From an uncultured Alphaproteobacteria bacterium (lineage in GTDB: Bacteria > Pseudomonadota > Alphaproteobacteria > HIMB59), in the NCBI GenBank assembly GCA_963926395.1, contig CAWUWX010000002.1:3920-67919 (forward strand): a DNA stretch of 64,000 nucleotides. The letters are read 5' to 3'. Positions 1-10,805 of the stretch are shown one piece after another. The notes below the pieces were generated by a model, which was given only the letters and a program-made list of their open reading frames with translations, was not told where the DNA came from and searched no databases. A program made the position numbers and the translations under genes. Numbering within the stretch: the first letter of the stretch is position 1; every line of letters begins with the position of its first letter.

Positions 1-131
1 ATATGAGGAACAGTTCTCTTAAATCCAAATTTAATTCCAGAAATAGTTAACATGGTATTATTTGGACCGGGAGTTACAAACATTACCAAATAATATGTAG
101 CTAAGGCTAATATAAGAGGCAAATCAATCAT
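1..131 (-). CDS. LysE/RhtB-family amino acid exporter (5' part, runs off window start)
   Basis: Hand translation from ATG at 131: [43 protein letters not shown], with the LysE TPGPNN motif. Confidence 0.85.
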   Translation of the reverse strand, partial: MIDLPLILALATYYLVMFVTPGPNNTMLTISGIKFGFKRTVPH

Positions 132-145
132 GAAAATAATTAAAA

Positions 146-769
146 TTACGACTTAATTTGAAATATAGCATTATCGTAAGTGATGTGAATTGGAACTCCC
201 GTAGATAACTCAACTGAGTTAATTTCATTAATCTGGTAAACGTCCATAACGATCAAAAGAGCTCTTAAAGAGTTACCGTGAGCTGCGATAAGTATATTAT
301 TATTTGAACTAGAATGAATTTGAGGCAATATTTCTGATTCAAAATAATTTCTTACCCTTAAAACAACATCTTCAAGACTTTCTCCTGCGGGTGGTCTGTC
401 GCTATATCCCCTTCTCCATTTATAAACTTGCTCTTCACCATATTTATCTGCTGTCTCTTTTTTATCTAGGCCTGTTAAATCCCCATAGTCTCTTTCATTA
501 AGTGCTGAATCTTCAATAATTTTATGATTATTAGTTAGATCTTCAAATTGATCTAAACCTTCTAAAATGATTTTTGCTGTTTTTTGAGCTCTTGAAAGAA
601 GACTAGTGTAAACAAGATCAAATTTTACCCCTAATTCCTTAAAGTTTTCAGATGCTTTTTTGGCTTCATGAACACCTTGCTCGGTAAGTTCCACATTCTT
701 AAAACCTGTAAAAAGATTTAATTTATTCCATTCACTTTGTCCGTGTCTAATTAATAAAATGTTTTTCAT
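146..769 (-). CDS. gpmA: 2,3-bisphosphoglycerate-dependent phosphoglycerate mutase
   Basis: [33 protein letters not shown] motifs. Confidence 0.95.
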   Translation of the reverse strand: MKNILLIRHGQSEWNKLNLFTGFKNVELTEQGVHEAKKASENFKELGVKFDLVYTSLLSRAQKTAKIILEGLDQFEDLTNNHKIIEDSALNERDYGDLTGLDKKETADKYGEEQVYKWRRGYSDRPPAGESLEDVVLRVRNYFESEILPQIHSSSNNNILIAAHGNSLRALLIVMDVYQINEINSVELSTGVPIHITYDNAIFQIKS

Positions 770-797
770 TAAATCTGATATATATTATTATTAAGTT

Positions 798-2186
798 ATG
801 GTCAAATTTCGTATTGAACAAGATAGTCTTGGAGAGGTTAAGGTTCCTTCAAATAAACTTTGGGGTGCTCAAACTCAGAGATCAGTAGAGAATTTTAAAA
901 TCGGGGTTGGAAAATTTCATTTTCAAAATGCTTTTATTCAGGCTTTAGCTTTTCAAAAAAAAGCTGCCGCACTAACTAATGAACAATTAAAACTTTTAAG
1001 CCATAAAAATGTGGTCGCAATTGGGAAAGTTTGTGATGATATTATAATAGGTAAAATGAATGAACACTTTCCACTTGTTATTTGGCAAACAGGATCTGGA
1101 ACTCAGATTAATATGAACTTTAATGAAGTTATTGCTAATAAATCAAATTTAATTTTAGGATCGAAGTTACCATCAAACAAACCTCTCCACCCCAACGATG
1201 ATATTAATAAATCTCAATCCTCTAATGATACAATTCCTACGGCAATGCATATAGCAACCCTAATAGCCTTACAAAAGACACTATTACCTGAAATTTATTT
1301 AATTAAATCTTCTGTTAAAAATAAAATTAAAGAATTTAAGGGTATTATTAAGATAGGAAGAACTCACACACAAGATGCTACTCCTTTAAAATTATCAGAT
1401 GAATTTGGCGCTTATCTTGCTCAATTAGATTATGCAGAAAAAACAATTAAAAAATCTTTTTCTAAACTGTTAGAAATAGCTCAAGGAGGTACGGCAGTTG
1501 GATCAGGAATAAATGCTCACAAAAATTTTGGAAAAATATTTGCAAATAATTTAAAGAAGTTAACTGGAATGTCATTTAAGACGGCTCCAAATAAATTTGA
1601 ATCATTAGCTTCTCACGATGTGTTTATCGAAGTGATGAGTGGACTTGAAATTTTAACTTCTACACTATTTAAAATGGCAAACGACTTAAGAGTTCTAGCT
1701 TCAGGACCAAGAAGTGGTATTGCTGAATTAATATTACCCGCGAATGAACCCGGTTCTTCGATCATGCCCGGTAAAATTAATCCGACTCAATGTGAAGCTC
1801 TTTCAATGATTTGTGCTCATGTTATTGGATTAAAAACCTCAATTTTATTTGCATGCACACAAGGTCATTTTCAATTAAATGTTTATAATCCAATTATTAT
1901 TCATAATACTCTTGATGCTATTAATTTACTTAGCGATGGTATTAAGTCATTTACGTTGAATTGCCTTAACGGAGTAAAGGCTAATAAAAAAAGAATTAAT
2001 GAACTTCTCAATAATTCTTTAATGCTAGTTACGCCATTAACTAAAGTAATAGGCTATGATTTATCTTCAAAAGTGGCTCTAAACGCACATAAAAAAGGAA
2101 TTACTCTAAAGGAGTCCTGCTTGGAATTAACCAGATTAACATCTAAGGAATTTGATATTTTAACTGACCCGAAAAAAATGGTCTGA
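798..2186 (+). CDS. fumC: Class II fumarate hydratase
   Basis: WGAQTQRS, WQTGSGT, GSSIMPGKINPTQCE signature. Confidence 0.97.
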   Translation: MVKFRIEQDSLGEVKVPSNKLWGAQTQRSVENFKIGVGKFHFQNAFIQALAFQKKAAALTNEQLKLLSHKNVVAIGKVCDDIIIGKMNEHFPLVIWQTGSGTQINMNFNEVIANKSNLILGSKLPSNKPLHPNDDINKSQSSNDTIPTAMHIATLIALQKTLLPEIYLIKSSVKNKIKEFKGIIKIGRTHTQDATPLKLSDEFGAYLAQLDYAEKTIKKSFSKLLEIAQGGTAVGSGINAHKNFGKIFANNLKKLTGMSFKTAPNKFESLASHDVFIEVMSGLEILTSTLFKMANDLRVLASGPRSGIAELILPANEPGSSIMPGKINPTQCEALSMICAHVIGLKTSILFACTQGHFQLNVYNPIIIHNTLDAINLLSDGIKSFTLNCLNGVKANKKRINELLNNSLMLVTPLTKVIGYDLSSKVALNAHKKGITLKESCLELTRLTSKEFDILTDPKKMV

Positions 2187-2187
2187 T

Positions 2188-3045
2188 TTAATTTGAATTA
2201 ATAATTTTAAAATTTTGCTGATCTTTAAACAGTTCTTTTAATAGATTGTATGTAATATAGTGACCTGTTTTAAATCCATTATACTTACCAATAATAGGAA
2301 AACCTGATAAATATAAATCACCAACAACGTCTAAAACCTTATGTCTCATTAGCTCATTATCATACCTAAGGCCTTCAGGATTAATGGGTTGGAATTCTTT
2401 AATAACAATTGCATTATCTAAAGACCCTCCCTTAATTAGATTTTGTGATTTTAAATATTCAATCTCTTCATAAAAACCAAAAGTTCTCGCTTGAGATATT
2501 TTAGATGGATAACCACCATTTAAGTTTTCTATATTGATAGTTTGATCTTCGTATTTACCCTCAAAGCGAGATTCAAGAAAAATGTTTAAACCTTCTTCCG
2601 TTTCTAAATTTGGAAGTAATTCTCCATAACCATAATCACAATCAAATCGAACTTTTTTTTTAATTTCTATTGCTTGCTGATTCACAATTTGATTTTTAAT
2701 TCCTGTCTTTAAAATCTCATCAACAAAAACTTTAGAACTGCCATCCATAATCGGAACTTCCTCATTATCAATAAAGACATCACAATTAGATATATGGAGT
2801 CCGGCAAATGCACTTAATAAATGTTCAACGGTTTTAATAAAACAGTTATCAACTCCTAGATTAGTTGAGAATTTTGTTGAAATAACATTTTTCCAACTAG
2901 CCTCAATTTTTTTATTTAAATCTTTTCTAAAAAAGGTAATACCTGAATTTTCTTTAGCGGGATGTAGTTCCAGATTTACATCAAGACCAGTATGTAAACC
3001 TATTCCCTTAAAATATATCTTATTCGATATTGTATTTTGGTGCAT
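2188..3045 (-). CDS. lpxC: UDP-3-O-acyl-GlcNAc deacetylase
   Basis: GIGLHTG, TVEHLLSA, PIMDGSS, ARTFGF, HKVLD; downstream of ftsZ. Confidence 0.96.
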   Translation of the reverse strand: MHQNTISNKIYFKGIGLHTGLDVNLELHPAKENSGITFFRKDLNKKIEASWKNVISTKFSTNLGVDNCFIKTVEHLLSAFAGLHISNCDVFIDNEEVPIMDGSSKVFVDEILKTGIKNQIVNQQAIEIKKKVRFDCDYGYGELLPNLETEEGLNIFLESRFEGKYEDQTINIENLNGGYPSKISQARTFGFYEEIEYLKSQNLIKGGSLDNAIVIKEFQPINPEGLRYDNELMRHKVLDVVGDLYLSGFPIIGKYNGFKTGHYITYNLLKELFKDQQNFKIINSN

Positions 3046-3119
3046 TAGTTAGATTATTGTCAAAACCGCAGAAAATATAAGTTTAGATTTGTAAATTATT
3101 GTATTTAGTCAAAATATAT

Positions 3120-4607
3120 CTACAAATTACCTTTTCTAAGATAGGAAGGAACTTCTAAATCTTCATTATCATGTTTGTCAAATGATTGTGAAATCTCAAC
3201 AATGTCGGTTGAATCTAAAGAACTCACATCATCAACTGTTTCATTAGTGGCTTCACTAAACAAAAATAGATTTGGATCCGTTTTTATTTTGTTTTTTTTA
3301 GTCTTTTTTGAATCTTTCATACTTTCTTCATTTTTTTTTTCCGCTCTCATTAAGCTGGTAAGTTTTTCAAAAAAACTAGTTTTTTTCTTTTCGTGAAGAC
3401 TATCATAATTAACGTTTTCATGACTTTCAATATTTTCAGGTACGTCCTGCGGTGTAAGTTCAAAACCTTCTTGAATTAAACTCTCATCCACAATTGTTCC
3501 TGTTTCTTCTGAAAATTCAAGATCAGATTTATCAGTCTCTTCACTTACATCTGAATTGTCTTTTTTAAAAGAAGAAGGAGTATTATTTTCTTTATCTTTT
3601 TGAGGGTACATTAAAATTCCTTTACCTGTCTCCTCAATTCCAGTAGCAAATATACTAATTTTCAGTTTTCCAGCTAAACTCTCATCAATCAAAGATCCAA
3701 AAATAATATTTGCTTCAGGATTAACACTTTGTCTAATAATATTTGCTGCATGATCAACTTCCATCAAAGTCATATCACTTCCACCCGATATATTAACAAT
3801 AACTCCTTTGGCAGTATTCATATCTACATTCTCAATTAATGGGTTTGTTAAAGCTAAGTTTGAAGCTTCAACGGCTTTATTATCACCTTCAGCAATCGCA
3901 GTTCCCATCATGGCAAAACCCATCTCTTTAATAACAGTTCTTACGTCTGCGAAATCTAGATTAATTAAACCGGGTTGAGTAATAAGATCTGTCAATCCCT
4001 TCACCCCATCAAATAAAACATTATCAGCCTTTTTAAAAGCATCAGCAAAAGATGTTTGTTCATTTGAAACTTTAAATAAATTTTGATTTGGAATTATTAG
4101 TAAAGTATCAACACTTTTTTTTAATTCTTCTAGCCCTTCATTTGCAAGGTTCATTCTTTTCGTACCTTCAAAATTAAAAGGAGTAGATACTATTGCTACA
4201 GTAACAATATTTAATTTTTTAGCTAAACTTGCAATTACAGGAAGTGCTCCTGTTCCAGTACCGCCACCTAATCCAGCAGTCAAAAAAAGCATATTCGTAT
4301 TTCTAAGTTCTTCATTAAGTTCTTCTGAACTTTCTTCAGCAGCTTCTTTTCCTACAATAGGATTTGCACCAGCACCCAGTCCTTGAGTTTTAGAAAGTCC
4401 TAATTGTATTCTATTAAAACATAGTGAATTTTCTAATGCTTGAGCGTCGGTATTTGCAACAATAAACTCAACATTATTTAAATTAGATTGGATCATGTTA
4501 TTAACAGCATTACTTCCAGCGCCACCTACACCCATAACGGTAATTGATGGTTTTAAGTTTTTTTGATCTAAAATTGGTTCTATATCTAGTGTCATGTTAC
4601 CCCGCAA
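3120..4607 (-). CDS. ftsZ: Cell division protein FtsZ (long acidic linker)
   Basis: GVGGAGSNAV, GLGGGTGTG, GLINLDFADV, C-terminal DLEVPSYLR peptide; true start may be the ATG at 4595. Confidence 0.98.
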   Translation of the reverse strand: MRGNMTLDIEPILDQKNLKPSITVMGVGGAGSNAVNNMIQSNLNNVEFIVANTDAQALENSLCFNRIQLGLSKTQGLGAGANPIVGKEAAEESSEELNEELRNTNMLFLTAGLGGGTGTGALPVIASLAKKLNIVTVAIVSTPFNFEGTKRMNLANEGLEELKKSVDTLLIIPNQNLFKVSNEQTSFADAFKKADNVLFDGVKGLTDLITQPGLINLDFADVRTVIKEMGFAMMGTAIAEGDNKAVEASNLALTNPLIENVDMNTAKGVIVNISGGSDMTLMEVDHAANIIRQSVNPEANIIFGSLIDESLAGKLKISIFATGIEETGKGILMYPQKDKENNTPSSFKKDNSDVSEETDKSDLEFSEETGTIVDESLIQEGFELTPQDVPENIESHENVNYDSLHEKKKTSFFEKLTSLMRAEKKNEESMKDSKKTKKNKIKTDPNLFLFSEATNETVDDVSSLDSTDIVEISQSFDKHDNEDLEVPSYLRKGNL

Positions 4608-4614
4608 TTTCTAC

Positions 4615-5808
4615 CTATAGTAGGTCTATGAATCTTTTGTACCATATTTTATTAGAAAAAGAATCATTATTTTTTAATATACTGAGGTTTTCAAGAGAAC
4701 CATCAGTAATTAGTTCATTAAGAGTAAAAAGTGACATAATTGAAGGGTTATTCCAAAATGTTGGAATACCTATTACAGGCTTAGGTTCTGCTAATTCAAC
4801 ATCAATACCAAATTTTTTTTTAAGATAAGGCATTAAATTTAATTGCATTGAACCACCACCAGTAAGTAGGTAGGAGTAAAAAAACTTGGATTTTGGGATA
4901 GAATGTAAAACTAAATTAAATAATTCATCAATTCTAGATGATAAAATTGATTTTAAATAATCATGTTCGATTTTTCTTTTTAAATTTTTACCTAATTCTT
5001 CCCATACAGGAATTTCAATAGATCTTTTTCCTATTAAATCTAAATCAACATGGTTTATTTTAATTTTTTCTGCAAAATCATTACTTACATTTAAAATTTT
5101 CATAAAATCATTTGTTATAAATTGACTACCTAAGGGTAAAGTCTTAATTAAAGAAATTTTTTCATCTTTGATCATTATTATTTTTGTAGATTTAAATCCT
5201 ATATCTATCATTACAATATTTTTTTTATCTAAATTTAAGGACTTTAAATAAAGATAATAAATAACACTTGAATCATAAATAGAAATAATATTAACACCGA
5301 CTCTACTAAAAATATTTTTATAAAGATTTAACTGAGAGTCACTAATAGATGTAGCAATAGCATTTAGAGAAAGAATATTACAAGTAATGCCAATTGGATT
5401 ATCAGTGATAATATTTTGATCAGTTGTAAAATTAGATCTAAAACAATGAACAATTTTTGATTGATATTTATTATTTATGGAATTAAAAAGTTGTCTTATG
5501 TGGTTATTTTCTACTTGAGAACCATTTAGAATAATTTTTTCAGAAATTAAAAAATTTTTATTTTGCCCACTAGGAGAAAGTAAAATTATATCATTAATTT
5601 TATGATTTAATTGCCTCTGAGCTTTATCAATGGATTTTTTGATTGAATCAACAAAACTATCAAAATCAACAATAGTATTTCCATTAAAACCCAGGGTATT
5701 AGATTTTCCAACTCCTATAATATTAGAAATATTATTTTCTTTATTAATCACAAATGTCTTGATGGAGCTTGAACCAATATCTATAATTGCAATATTTTTA
5801 TAATTCAT
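4615..5808 (-). CDS. ftsA: Cell division protein FtsA (divergent)
   Basis: IDIGSSSIK, IDIG, LTGGGS actin-fold motifs; between ftsQ and ftsZ. Confidence 0.92.
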   Translation of the reverse strand: MNYKNIAIIDIGSSSIKTFVINKENNISNIIGVGKSNTLGFNGNTIVDFDSFVDSIKKSIDKAQRQLNHKINDIILLSPSGQNKNFLISEKIILNGSQVENNHIRQLFNSINNKYQSKIVHCFRSNFTTDQNIITDNPIGITCNILSLNAIATSISDSQLNLYKNIFSRVGVNIISIYDSSVIYYLYLKSLNLDKKNIVMIDIGFKSTKIIMIKDEKISLIKTLPLGSQFITNDFMKILNVSNDFAEKIKINHVDLDLIGKRSIEIPVWEELGKNLKRKIEHDYLKSILSSRIDELFNLVLHSIPKSKFFYSYLLTGGGSMQLNLMPYLKKKFGIDVELAEPKPVIGIPTFWNNPSIMSLFTLNELITDGSLENLSILKNNDSFSNKIWYKRFIDLL

Positions 5809-6401
5809 TTCATTCTTACCGAATTATTTAAAAAATTTCTAAGATCTAGATATATTTTAAAATTATCGTCTTTCATAAATATACTAAGATTTTCATTTAA
5901 AAAAATTAATAATTTTTTGTCAAATATTTTTGGTAGCATGATTTTTCTACCATCGAATAAGTATAAGTCAAATCTCCTATTGTCTATTAATTGAATTTGA
6001 TAAAATTGATTAAAATTATTTAATTCATATAAAAATTGAATAAATAATGGATCAATACTTGACATATTCAATGATATATCTTGCAAATGAATATTATTAA
6101 TAGCAAAAGGTGGATAAGTAGAGAGAGATAAATGAAGTTCATTTTTTTTAATTGTTACTTCATAGCTTTCAATAAAATCATTAATATTTAAATAATTTTT
6201 TAATAATTTTAGATCTTTAGGTAAATTTGAATAAAATATTTGTGAAATTTCAGAATTAACATAAATTATATTTTTAGAATTATTTAAATCATTATTTTTG
6301 ACTATAAAAAAGTAAGTTAAAGCAAAAATTAAAACCAAAATTAAATAATTAAATAATTTTAATAATCTAATTGGCAAATAATTTGGAATAGAATATTTCA
6401 A
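5805..6401 (-). CDS. ftsQ: Short, divergent FtsQ/DivIB-like protein
   Basis: N-terminal TM helix, RRFDL..KIMLP and YLDLR C-terminal motifs; ddl-ftsQ-ftsA synteny. Confidence 0.75.
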   Translation of the reverse strand: MKYSIPNYLPIRLLKLFNYLILVLIFALTYFFIVKNNDLNNSKNIIYVNSEISQIFYSNLPKDLKLLKNYLNINDFIESYEVTIKKNELHLSLSTYPPFAINNIHLQDISLNMSSIDPLFIQFLYELNNFNQFYQIQLIDNRRFDLYLFDGRKIMLPKIFDKKLLIFLNENLSIFMKDDNFKIYLDLRNFLNNSVRMK

Positions 6402-6403
6402 AA

Positions 6404-7294
6404 TTAAGCTGAACTAAGAATCATCTCAACTAGATTAGTATAAGATAAATTATTAAAAGAAGCTTGCTCTGGAGCTAAGGAAATATCAGTTAGACCTGGG
6501 TGAGTATTTATCTCTAGAAAGAAATAACGATTTGAATTTTTATTTTTATCCATAATGTAATCAATTCTTGCAATTGACTTACAGCCAATAATTTTAAAAA
6601 TATTTTCTGAAATTTTTAATAAATAAGCATAATCTTCTTTTGGAATTTTAGCTGGAAATATGTGATTACTAAAACCCTTAGTATATTTTGCCTGATAATC
6701 ATATATGTCAGATTGGAAATTAATTTCAGTTACTCCTAAAGACCTGACATTCCCCTTCTCTTCAATTACAGTCACAGTAAGTTCTTTATTGGCAATAATT
6801 TTTTGTTCAACGATCATATCTTCAGTACTTTTTTTTAAAATGCTTTTTAATTGAATATCATTATCAGCAACATAAATACCAAAGGAAGAGCCACCTTTAT
6901 TGGGTTTAATTATAACGGGATATTTAATATTATTTAATTTACTATATGTTTTAGGAGTATTTATATTCAAATTTTTTTTTAAAAAAAATTTAGTTAATTC
7001 CTTATTTAGACAAAGACTAGATGCTATTTGATTGGAATGTGTAATTCTAATTTTATATTTCTCTGCAAAACAAGTTAATCCACCATCTTCACCAAATTCT
7101 CCGTGGAGTGCATTAAAAATTATATCTGGCTTAAAAGATAAAATCTTATTTATATTATTTTTATTTAAATCAATAAAATCAACATTATGATGATTTTTAT
7201 TTAATGCATTATAAACATTCTTACCTGATGACATAGATACAAGTCTTTCTTGAGACCAACCCCCATAAACAACTAAAATTTTATCTTTTTTAAT
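6404..7294 (-). CDS. ddl: D-alanine--D-alanine ligase (start extended to ATT at 7294)
   Basis: FNALHGEFGEDG, ARIDY, LEINTHPG; conserved VYGGWSQERLVS lies upstream of the track ATG (7234), in frame. Confidence 0.93.
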   Translation of the reverse strand: MKKDKILVVYGGWSQERLVSMSSGKNVYNALNKNHHNVDFIDLNKNNINKILSFKPDIIFNALHGEFGEDGGLTCFAEKYKIRITHSNQIASSLCLNKELTKFFLKKNLNINTPKTYSKLNNIKYPVIIKPNKGGSSFGIYVADNDIQLKSILKKSTEDMIVEQKIIANKELTVTVIEEKGNVRSLGVTEINFQSDIYDYQAKYTKGFSNHIFPAKIPKEDYAYLLKISENIFKIIGCKSIARIDYIMDKNKNSNRYFFLEINTHPGLTDISLAPEQASFNNLSYTNLVEMILSSA

Positions 7295-7296
7295 AA

Positions 7297-8190
7297 CTAA
7301 TCTCCAATTATTCTAAGTTCTTTTTCTAGTTTAATACTATGCTTTTTGAGAACACTATCCTCAACTTTTTTTAAAAAATTTATTAATTTATCTGCATCTA
7401 CGTATGGATCGTTTTCAAAGAAATTGCTGTGCTTTTTAGAAAGTCTTATCTCGCCCATATAAAAACTATCATCAACGGAAGATTTAATTAACTGCCATGC
7501 GCTTGATGAAGATGGATTTTTAAATATACTACCACAGCAATTTACTTTTTGTGGCTGTGATTTTTTTCTTTTATTGTCAAAATCATTCATTTTTGATTTT
7601 ATTATAATGGGGTCTCCTAACTCTGTATAAAAATCAGCACTAAGTATTAGTTTATTTTTTTCCTGGTATCCTTTACGATATTTAAAATTGATTTCACTAG
7701 GAAATACATGAGAAGTTTTTAAAGTCAGGATATCAAAAATTTTAATTTTTTTTATATGTTTACTAATTTCAAAACCATAACATCCAGCATTCATGAAAAT
7801 ATTACCTCCGATTGTTCCAGGAATAGTGAAAAGATACTCATATCCAGTGAAAGAATTTTGATAACAAAACATAGAAAATTTTGAATCAAGCACTGAGGAA
7901 CCAGCAGTAATAATATTATTTGATACCTCTATATTAGAAAATTCACCTGATAATTTTAGAATTAGACCATTAAATCCGGAAGATTGAATTAGAATATTTG
8001 AAAAATTACCAACAACCAGATAAGGAATTTTGTGATCATTAATAACTTTAAATAAATCCGTCAGATGATTAAGGCTTTTAATATTACAAAAATATTTAGA
8101 TTTACCTCCTGATTTAAGCCATGATATTTTAGCTGTATCATAATCTAATTTTATATTTAGCTCTTCTAACTGATTATTTTCTAGATTCAT
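7297..8190 (-). CDS. murB: UDP-N-acetylenolpyruvoylglucosamine reductase
   Basis: IPGTIGG..FMNAGCYG, GSIFKNP, KHSNF, LEKELRIIG. Confidence 0.95.
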   Translation of the reverse strand: MNLENNQLEELNIKLDYDTAKISWLKSGGKSKYFCNIKSLNHLTDLFKVINDHKIPYLVVGNFSNILIQSSGFNGLILKLSGEFSNIEVSNNIITAGSSVLDSKFSMFCYQNSFTGYEYLFTIPGTIGGNIFMNAGCYGFEISKHIKKIKIFDILTLKTSHVFPSEINFKYRKGYQEKNKLILSADFYTELGDPIIIKSKMNDFDNKRKKSQPQKVNCCGSIFKNPSSSSAWQLIKSSVDDSFYMGEIRLSKKHSNFFENDPYVDADKLINFLKKVEDSVLKKHSIKLEKELRIIGD

Positions 8191-9547
8191 AATAGCTTTT
8201 TAATTCTTTAGATATGGAACCTGCTCCCGCACAAATAAATAAATTATTATTTGATTTTTTAATTTTCTCATCAAAGAAATTAAAAAGATCAACATAATTA
8301 CTAATATATAGTGATTTTTTAATTCTAATTGTATTCAAATCATTTACTAAATCTTTAGAAGTTTTCCAATTTTTCTTTAAAGACTCACCTGCAGAATAAG
8401 TATCTAAAATTAATAAATTTTGAACATTTTGAAGAACGTTTAAATATTCTTTATAAAGAAGATTGAGCCGGCTGTATCTATGAGGTTCTATAATAAGAAA
8501 TTTATTTTTTTGAGGAAATAATTTTAATACAGAAATTAGTTTATCTATTTCTAGTGGATGGTGCGCATAGTCATCTATAAAGGTAGAGGATTTAATAGAA
8601 CCTATTGTGTTCATTCTTCTTTCAACACCTTCAAAAGATATTAAATCATTTGACTTTAATTTAATACCCAGTTCATTTAAAACACAACAAACAGAAGCAA
8701 CATTGAGAGCATTATGATGTCCTAATAGGTTTGATTTAATACTTAGTAAAGGTTCATACAAGCTACTAATTAAGTCAAATTTAGTATTTTGATCATTAAC
8801 TTTAATATTTTTAATAATTGAATGATTTTTATTATTAAAACCAAATTTAATAATATTTTTTAAATTAATTTTATTTAAAAAAAAATCATCCCCATTTAAA
8901 AAAATTTTTGTATTTTTATGAGAAAGCTTAATAATAAAAGATTTAACTTTATTTTGTAAATTAGTTAAAGTTTTATAATAATCTAAATGTTCGTTATCGA
9001 CATTTAGATAAATTAAATAATTAGGTCTAAGTTTAAATACAGTTCCATCGCTTTCATCTGCCTCAACTACTACAAATTCACTATCAGTTAAATGTATATT
9101 TTGACCGTAATTTTTCATCACACCACCAGAAATAATTATTGGATTTAATCCTTTTTTATCAAGAATATGACCAAGTAATGAAGTAGTTGTAGTTTTACCA
9201 TGCGATCCTGAAACAGCGATAACAAATTTATTTTTACAAATAATTTGTAATAGTTTAGCTCTATTAAATAAAGGAATTTTAATTATCTTAGCATGAGTAA
9301 TTTCAGGATTATTTTTAATTGCTGAGGAATAAAAAATAATATCTTTCCCTATAATATTATCTTTTTTATGACCAATAATTACTTTGATGCCGTATTTATT
9401 TAAAATCTTAGTATTACTGTTTTCAGTAATATCACTTCCTGAGACTTTAATTTCTTTATTTTTTAAATATATAGCAAGGGCACTCATACCAATTCCATTA
9501 ATACCAATAATATGGACAGATTTAGATTTTAAAAAATTAATATCCAT
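8174..9547 (-). CDS. murC: UDP-N-acetylmuramate--L-alanine ligase
   Basis: IGINGIGMSALA, GSHGKTTTT, EADESDG, DDYAHHP. Confidence 0.96.
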   Translation of the reverse strand: MDINFLKSKSVHIIGINGIGMSALAIYLKNKEIKVSGSDITENSNTKILNKYGIKVIIGHKKDNIIGKDIIFYSSAIKNNPEITHAKIIKIPLFNRAKLLQIICKNKFVIAVSGSHGKTTTTSLLGHILDKKGLNPIIISGGVMKNYGQNIHLTDSEFVVVEADESDGTVFKLRPNYLIYLNVDNEHLDYYKTLTNLQNKVKSFIIKLSHKNTKIFLNGDDFFLNKINLKNIIKFGFNNKNHSIIKNIKVNDQNTKFDLISSLYEPLLSIKSNLLGHHNALNVASVCCVLNELGIKLKSNDLISFEGVERRMNTIGSIKSSTFIDDYAHHPLEIDKLISVLKLFPQKNKFLIIEPHRYSRLNLLYKEYLNVLQNVQNLLILDTYSAGESLKKNWKTSKDLVNDLNTIRIKKSLYISNYVDLFNFFDEKIKKSNNNLFICAGAGSISKELKSYYESRK

Positions 9548-10527
9548 TATTTCGAGATAAAGGAAAATATTTTGTGAATAGAAAAAGGATTGATAATTTT
9601 ATTAAAATAAAAATCTGAATTATTTTTTAAATTTTTATAATAAGGAATTTTATCTTTAATATTAAGCTTATGTATAAAAAATTCCTTATTATACTTTTGA
9701 TGCATATCCCGAGAGTGTAAATGAGGTAAGAAATAAACATTATTAGTAAAATATAAAATTTCAAACATTGAACCTGAACCACATCTAGAAAAAATTAAAT
9801 CATAATCATCAAATTTTATATCATTGATAAAACTAAAAAAATATACATTTGAGCTTAACTTTTTATATTTATCCTTAATCGATTCATAAGATGGTGGTAT
9901 CTGAATTTTAAATTCAAAATTAATCCTATCTTCTTGAGGTATTTCTTTAATGTAATCTAAGAGCTTATTATTTAAATCAAGAGAGCCGGCACTTCCCCCA
10001 ATTAAAAGAATTTTAATCTTTCCTGACTTTTGAGAATAATTAGATTTAATATTTTTTTTAAAATAATTACCAACATATATTTCTTTTTTTTTTAATTTTG
10101 TTCTAGGAAATGAAATGAAAGAATAATTTGTAAAAAAATAATTAATTTTATTTGCAAGTCCATAAATTATATTTTGTTCATGAATATAAATTAAATTGTG
10201 TTTTAAAATAAAATTAAAAAGTCTCCCTAAAAAAATTGGCATAACTGATAAAAAACCACCAAAGCCTATTACTTTTACATTTTTATTTTTTATAAAATAA
10301 TGGGAACAATTAGTAAATTGAGAAAATATTATTTTAATTTTATTGGATTGCTCAAATACTTTAACGATGCAATCCTGATTATTAATTAAAGGAATAAATT
10401 TTAAACCTTCTGCATTAGTTATAAAAACTATTTTTTTTTTCGTATTAGAGAGATTATTAATGAGACTTATTGCTGGTAAAATATGACCTCCAGAAGATCC
10501 GGCTATAATTATATAATTAATTTTCAT
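9547..10527 (-). CDS. murG: MurG glycosyltransferase (divergent)
   Basis: GSSGGHILP, GFGGF, HEQN, GGSAGS, SRCGSGS, HQ..N; upstream of murC. Confidence 0.88.
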   Translation of the reverse strand: MKINYIIIAGSSGGHILPAISLINNLSNTKKKIVFITNAEGLKFIPLINNQDCIVKVFEQSNKIKIIFSQFTNCSHYFIKNKNVKVIGFGGFLSVMPIFLGRLFNFILKHNLIYIHEQNIIYGLANKINYFFTNYSFISFPRTKLKKKEIYVGNYFKKNIKSNYSQKSGKIKILLIGGSAGSLDLNNKLLDYIKEIPQEDRINFEFKIQIPPSYESIKDKYKKLSSNVYFFSFINDIKFDDYDLIFSRCGSGSMFEILYFTNNVYFLPHLHSRDMHQKYNKEFFIHKLNIKDKIPYYKNLKNNSDFYFNKIINPFSIHKIFSFISK

Positions 10528-10795
10528 TGATAGTAATTGTTTGAACTTTTTGAGAATTTTCTAGATCATAAATATCAAATACGATCCTATTACCCTCAAT
10601 TCTTTTTACTTGATACTGGTTTTCATTTAATAGACTTAATTGAGCATTATTATCCAAGTTATTAGACAAAATGTAGTCTTTATTATCATTAATCTGTATT
10701 TTAATAAAAATTGTATAAATAATCACAATAATGCCGATCACTATTAAAGCACCTTGAAATATGATAAGACTCATTAATAAATTTTTTTTATTCAT
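10517..10795 (-). CDS. Small hypothetical membrane-anchored protein
   Basis: 92-aa ORF with one N-terminal TM helix, overlaps murG start, divergent from rluD. Confidence 0.7.
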   Translation of the reverse strand: MNKKNLLMSLIIFQGALIVIGIIVIIYTIFIKIQINDNKDYILSNNLDNNAQLSLLNENQYQVKRIEGNRIVFDIYDLENSQKVQTITINEN

Positions 10796-10805
10796 ATAAT
10801 ACCCA

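Noticed and set aside
3175-4828. Antisense ORFs 3175-3396 and 4544-4828
   Set aside because: Shadow frames of ftsZ/ftsA with no motifs
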